Source: Camelus dromedarius (lineage: Eukaryota). From it: a DNA stretch of 64,000 bases. The stretch spans positions 115,010,001-115,074,000 of the forward strand of contig NC_087437.1 of assembly GCF_036321535.1 (NCBI RefSeq), written 5' to 3'. The notes beneath the pieces were generated by a model. That model worked only from the letters and a program-made list of their open reading frames with translations. It was not told the origin of the DNA and did not search any database. Shown here in pieces: positions 59,046-64,000 of the stretch. The stretch's first letter is position 1; each line of letters starts with the position of its first letter. The translations under genes were made by a program, and so were the position numbers.

Positions 59046-62000
59046 AATATAATGTCCATGTGTCACAATATAGAATTTAATTAATACTTTATTGAGCAGC
59101 TTCAGGTTTATAGAAAAACTGAGCAGAATGTACAGGGGCCTCATATAACCCCTCACCCCACCCCAGTGTCCCTATAATTAACACATTAGTGTCATACATG
59201 TGTTATAGCTGATGAACCAATAGTAACACGTCATTTTTAACTAAACCATAGTTTAAGAGTAGGGTTCACTCTTTGTGTTGTATAGTTTTCTGGGATTTGA
59301 CAAATGTATAACAACATCTATCCACCACAACAGCATCGTATAGAATGTTCCCCCTGTCCCCAAATCCCCTCTGCTACACCTATTCATCCCCCTCTTCCTC
59401 CCCTCCCCTCCTGGCAACCACTGATTTTTTTTTTTTCACTGTCTCTATAGTTTTGTCTTTCCCAGAATGTCATATAGATTCTACTCTTTAAAACTTTCTT
59501 CTAACCATTTAAAACTGTGAAACAAATAAACAAACAAACATTTGGAGCTCTCACGTGGTACAAAAATGGGCAGAAGACCAGTGTATTGCCAACTCTTGAT
59601 CTAATCTATAGAATTTAGTCCAATTTCATCCATTGTCCCAACAAAGCCCTTGATAGTGAAACACAATCTTCTTTATGATTTAGGCTCTAATCCAGGATCA
59701 TTGGCTGCATTTAGCTGTCATGCCTCCTTAGTCTCCATGTATCTGGTTTAGTTTTCATCTTGTCTTTCAATCTAGACATTTTTTGAAGAGTAGAGGCAGT
59801 TATTTTGTAAAATGTCCTTTAATTAAGATGATCTGAAATCTCCTCATATTTAGACTCAGATTAGCATTTGTGGCAGGAACACAGATTAGTGAGAGTGTAT
59901 CTTTCTCAGGGCATCGTATCAGGAAGTGCCCAGTGTCACCTTGTCCCAGTACTGGTGAGTTAACTTTGACCCACCTGGGTAAGGTGGTGCATGCCAGGTT
60001 TTTCCACTGTAAAGTTATTGTTTTTCCACTGTAGTTAAGTACTTGTGGGGAGATAAATATCATGTTTCTCATGAAATTTAATCTGCTAGTCTTAGCATCT
60101 GTGGATGATTTTACTTGAATCAATTATTTATTTCATGGTTGCCAAATAGTGATTTTTCTTCCATTTCTTCCATATATACTTGTTCAGAAGCTACTATAAG
60201 GAAGAGCTTTTTCTTCTCCCAGCACTTACTGTCCTTTCTTCCTTTCTTTATAGCAGAATGGACTTAAGGAGACTTATTTATTCAACAGAGTATTCATTTT
60301 CTTATCATTATTTATTTTGATGCACAAATTATCCCAGATCTGGCAAGCAGAAGCTCCTTCAAGCTGGTTCCTATCTCCTACTGACAAGTCCCTGTCATCT
60401 TTCAGCACTTCCTTACTTTTTGGCATAAGAGGTTCCAGGCTCATCTTGAACTTTCTCAGCACCAGCCCTGGAGTTGGCCTTTTCTCCAAGGAGCTCTGCT
60501 TCCTCTTAGTGGAGAATAGTATTTAAAAAACAAATCAGGGTGTTATGAAAGAACAAGAAAGCATGGGTGTTTCCTTCCTTCCTGCCATCTCTCCATCCAT
60601 CCATCTATCCACCTATCTTAAAAACCATGAATTCATTTAAGATTTTCAGTTCCAATCCAACAACACAAGGTCCATTTTATTCTCCTCCTTTTTATATTTG
60701 GAACTTCCTTCTCCAATAATGAGAAATCTGGCTCCCATTATCTGAAATATATTTACTTATTTGCTCAATACTGTAACACACAGAAAGTGGTTTCGGAATT
60801 GTTGACCCATGCTACTGTGAAAAACAAACTTACCAACTAGGGTTCAATATGTACCGACAGAACTTTTTTTGTTTTTAGCCTGAGAGTATATAGTCAAATA
60901 TTATGTTTAAAAGTTCTTAGGGTTTGTTCTTTTTTTCTTTTCCTTGAGTGTGGTTATATTAGTCTTCTGAAATAAGGTTAGGTTTAACTGTAATTCTGTA
61001 ATCCATGATAGGGCCGCCTCCATCCTTGTTTCTTTATTCTTTAATTTGGTTCCAAGAGTCAGCGCTATACAAGAAAGTCAACTCTGGGAAGTGCCACATT
61101 TCCCCCACTTACCCCTTCGATCCAAGTCTCCCAGTAGAACTCCTTTCGGTAAATAATAACTAATCTCACTAGTTTCTGGTTTATTCTTTTGGTCTTTCTA
61201 CACAAATGTACAGATACTTGCATATTTTCTTATTTCTCTTTCTTCCTTACAGAAAGTTACTATTTTGTACTCTTTTATCTTTTGGGTTTTTTTCACTTAA
61301 CGTAACTTGATAATACTCTTTAGAAGTTCACAGAGCTCTTCCCCACTCTTTCTGAAGCTGCGAACTGTCCCATTGTGTGCATGGAGCATAGCTTATCCAG
61401 CCACTCTCCCATGTGCGTTTAAGTAGTTTCCAAAATGACAGTATGTAAAATGTATACCCTTGTTCACATGTATCTTCGTATTGTTGAAGGTGTATCTTCA
61501 GGGTAGATTCCTAGAAGTGGGATTCTGGGTCAGAAGGTAAGTACGTGACTATGAAGCTTTCTGAGATACCACAGAGTATGATGTCACACTTCTCAGTTTT
61601 TGCCAGTCTGATCTGTAAGAGATGGTATTTCAGTGCAGTTGCAATTTACATTTCTCTTATATGTACAGTTTTCAATATTTATGTATTTTTATGCACACAC
61701 ACAGTGCATTATCTGTTCATGTCTTTTTGTGTATTTTAAGAGTTCTTAATACATTAGGGAATATTAGTGCTTTATCTGTGTTATCTTGCCAATATTTTCT
61801 TCAGATTAACTGTTTGTCTTCTGATTTTACTGATAGTTTTTTTCACAATCCCAAATTTTATTTTTTATTCTTATGTAGTCAAATGTACCATTTTTCTCTT
61901 TTACTGCCTCTTACTGTTGTGTCTTCAGAGCTTTCCCCATACTCACGTGATGCAGGAATTCATCCACTTATTTCTAGTACTCAAAGGGTTTCACTTTTTA

Positions 62001-62310
62001 AATGTAGAACCCTGATCCTTTTGGAGTTTATCTTTTGTGTATAGTGAAAGGTATAGAACTGATCTTCTCTTTTCCCCCAAATATCCATCAAATTGTCCCA
62101 GGAGCATTTGTTAAAAATTGTACCTTTGCTCTAGCAATTTGAGATGCCACCTTTATTATATACTAAGTTTCTATATGTACTTGGATCTATTTCTGGACAT
62201 TCTATTCCTTTTTGCTGGTCTCTCCATTTATTCATGTGCCAATAACATACATTGTCTTAATTATAGAGGCTTTAGAGTATGTTTTAAAAATCTAGCAAGG
62301 CTAGGACCCC

Positions 62311-62717
62311 TACTCTAAGTAAGCCAGAAGGAGAAAGAGAAATACCATATGATATCACTCATATGCGGTATCTTTTAAAAAAAAAAAAAGGGACATTATG
62401 AATTCATCTACAAAACAGAAACAGACTCGCAGACGTAAACAATCTTATGGTTACCGGGGAAAGGGGGTGGGAGGGGATAAATTTTGAAGTTTGAGTGCAA
62501 ATGTTAGAGACTATATATAAAAATAGATTTTTTTAAAAAAGGTTTCTTTTGTATAGCACAGAGAACTATGTTCAATATCTTGTAATAACCTTTAATGGAA
62601 AAAAATGAAAATGAATATATGTTATGTATATGCATGACTGGGATATTGTGCTGTACACCAACTGTAATTGACTGTACTTCAATAAAAATAATAATGAAAT
62701 AAAAAATAAAATAAAAT
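62311..62717 (+). mobile_element. Young 5'-truncated L1 3' end with 24-bp TSD
   Basis: aagtaagccagaaggagaaagagaaatacc...caataaaaataataatgaaat plus (AAAAT)n tail; TSD aaaatctagcaaggctaggacccc at 62287-62310 and 62718-62741. Confidence 0.88.
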
Positions 62718-64000
62718 AAAATCTAGCAAGGCTAGGACCCCCCTCCTGGCTTTTCTTTTTCGTTGTTTGCCTCAATATTCTTGTATATTTTTTTTATTTG
62801 TCTAGCTCCATTTAAAACAGACAAAAAACTTAGTGGTATTTTTAGTACAAGCGCATTAAATTTACAAACTAACTTGGGGAGAACTGATAATGTTTGTGCT
62901 GTTGAGCTGTCCTATCAAGGAGCAAGAAATGTCTTACATTTGTTCACGTATACTTTTTTTTTAATGAAAACTTACACTAAAAGAGTAAAATCAAAATGGG
63001 GTTCTTACTTTTTTAAAGAATTGAAATAGTGTCATCCTAAATTTTTAAAAATTAAATATGACCACATTTATGTCAAAGTTCGTTAGCTCTGCCTTGCATG
63101 TCTGAAGAGGTATTTTCTCTGCTCTACACACATTCTGTTTCAAATATGCTGATCTTTCCTAGCCAAATTTACATAAAATACTATAATAAGCAGTTTCCTT
63201 ACCTAGAGCCAAGTGGCTGTTGAAACATCTGGGTGGACAAAGCAATGTGAAGGTAATGAATTTCTTCCTCTAGAAAGGGAAGCTCCACCCTGCCACTCAG
63301 GCCCTTACTGGGCCCTTTTTCCACTCCAATACCATTGCCATTTCAAGGGTAATTATGAGAAAGAATTCCCTGCCTCTGCCAGCTGGCCCCCAAACCATTG
63401 CTGCTTTCACCACCTTGCTGCCCTAGATATCACCCTATGTCGTTCCCTCTCATGCTCAGACCTCTCTCCAGAGCCCTGCTTGCACCCCACCCTGCCAGAG
63501 ATCAAGCAACATGCCAGAGCCTGCTTGACCAGGAAGCTTTGCACCAGCTTAACTCTTCACTCAGTGGGACAAGGAGCCTCTTTCTTTAATGCAGGTCTTT
63601 GCTCCATGATATGCTTGGTTTATAGTCCCCATGAACTAAACCTGGTTCAGAAGCCAGTTCTAGAATGGATTTTCATTCAGATGATTATATTCCAATCCCC
63701 TACGCTCCCCAATCCCATTTTCTACTCAAGTCTGTTGATCCTTTGAAGCTGGCTTCTGCTTGGGCTCCACGCTAGCAGAATATTTTATATCCTACTTCCT
63801 TACTGAATTTTTTAATTGTTTCAGTTAATTTTATCATTGATTCTCTAAGGTTTATGAGGTATACCATCATATCAGCTGAAAATAGAGATAGTTTTACTTC
63901 TTTTTCAATTTGTATGCCACTAATTGATTTCTCTTGTCAATCTGAATTGGCTAATATCATGTGGATGATGTTAAATAGAAGTGGAGATAATGGGCATCCT

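Larger units (their letters stand above)
58335..64000 (-). mobile_element. Cluster of old antisense L1M (L1MC/L1ME-like) remnants with nested younger insertions
   Basis: Several L1M 3' UTR and ORF2-derived tracts (e.g. 58360-58480, 59075-59480, 61480-62280, 63780-64000). Confidence 0.65.

Noticed and set aside
57334-61547. Additional TACGTG hexamers (57334, 58222, 61542) as a SIM/HIF response cluster
   Set aside because: Widely spaced, one lies within L1 remnants, and the frequency is compatible with chance.

Overview
Mammalian genomic DNA from the SIM2-HLCS tail-to-tail locus, most likely a camelid, judged from six tRNA-Ala-derived Vic-1-type SINE copies. Plus strand: SIM2 (bHLH-PAS factor) coding exons 2-7 and 9-11, all with canonical AG/GT boundaries and compatible phases. 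Exon 1 lies upstream of the window. Exon 8 was not found and most likely sits in the 164-N gap at 29396-29559. Minus strand: the last five coding exons of HLCS (holocarboxylase synthetase, biotin-ligase catalytic region and C-terminus). The remainder is intron and UTR with layered repeats (MIR, L2, old L1M, MER5A/20/33/58, MLT1, a solo ERV LTR, younger L1 3' ends, SINEs). I found no evidence of a new multi-gene biological system, and nearly all ORF-track entries are spurious. The best second-look items are the exon-8-sized gap, a 98%-identical 180-bp tandem duplication in SIM2 intron 7, a sense-oriented solo LTR with a poly(A) signal upstream of the HLCS catalytic exon, a candidate bidirectional poly(A) element, Ala/Pro repeat expansions in SIM2 exon 11, and nested retrotransposon insertions. 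Repeat family names and human comparisons are from memory, not from database searches.
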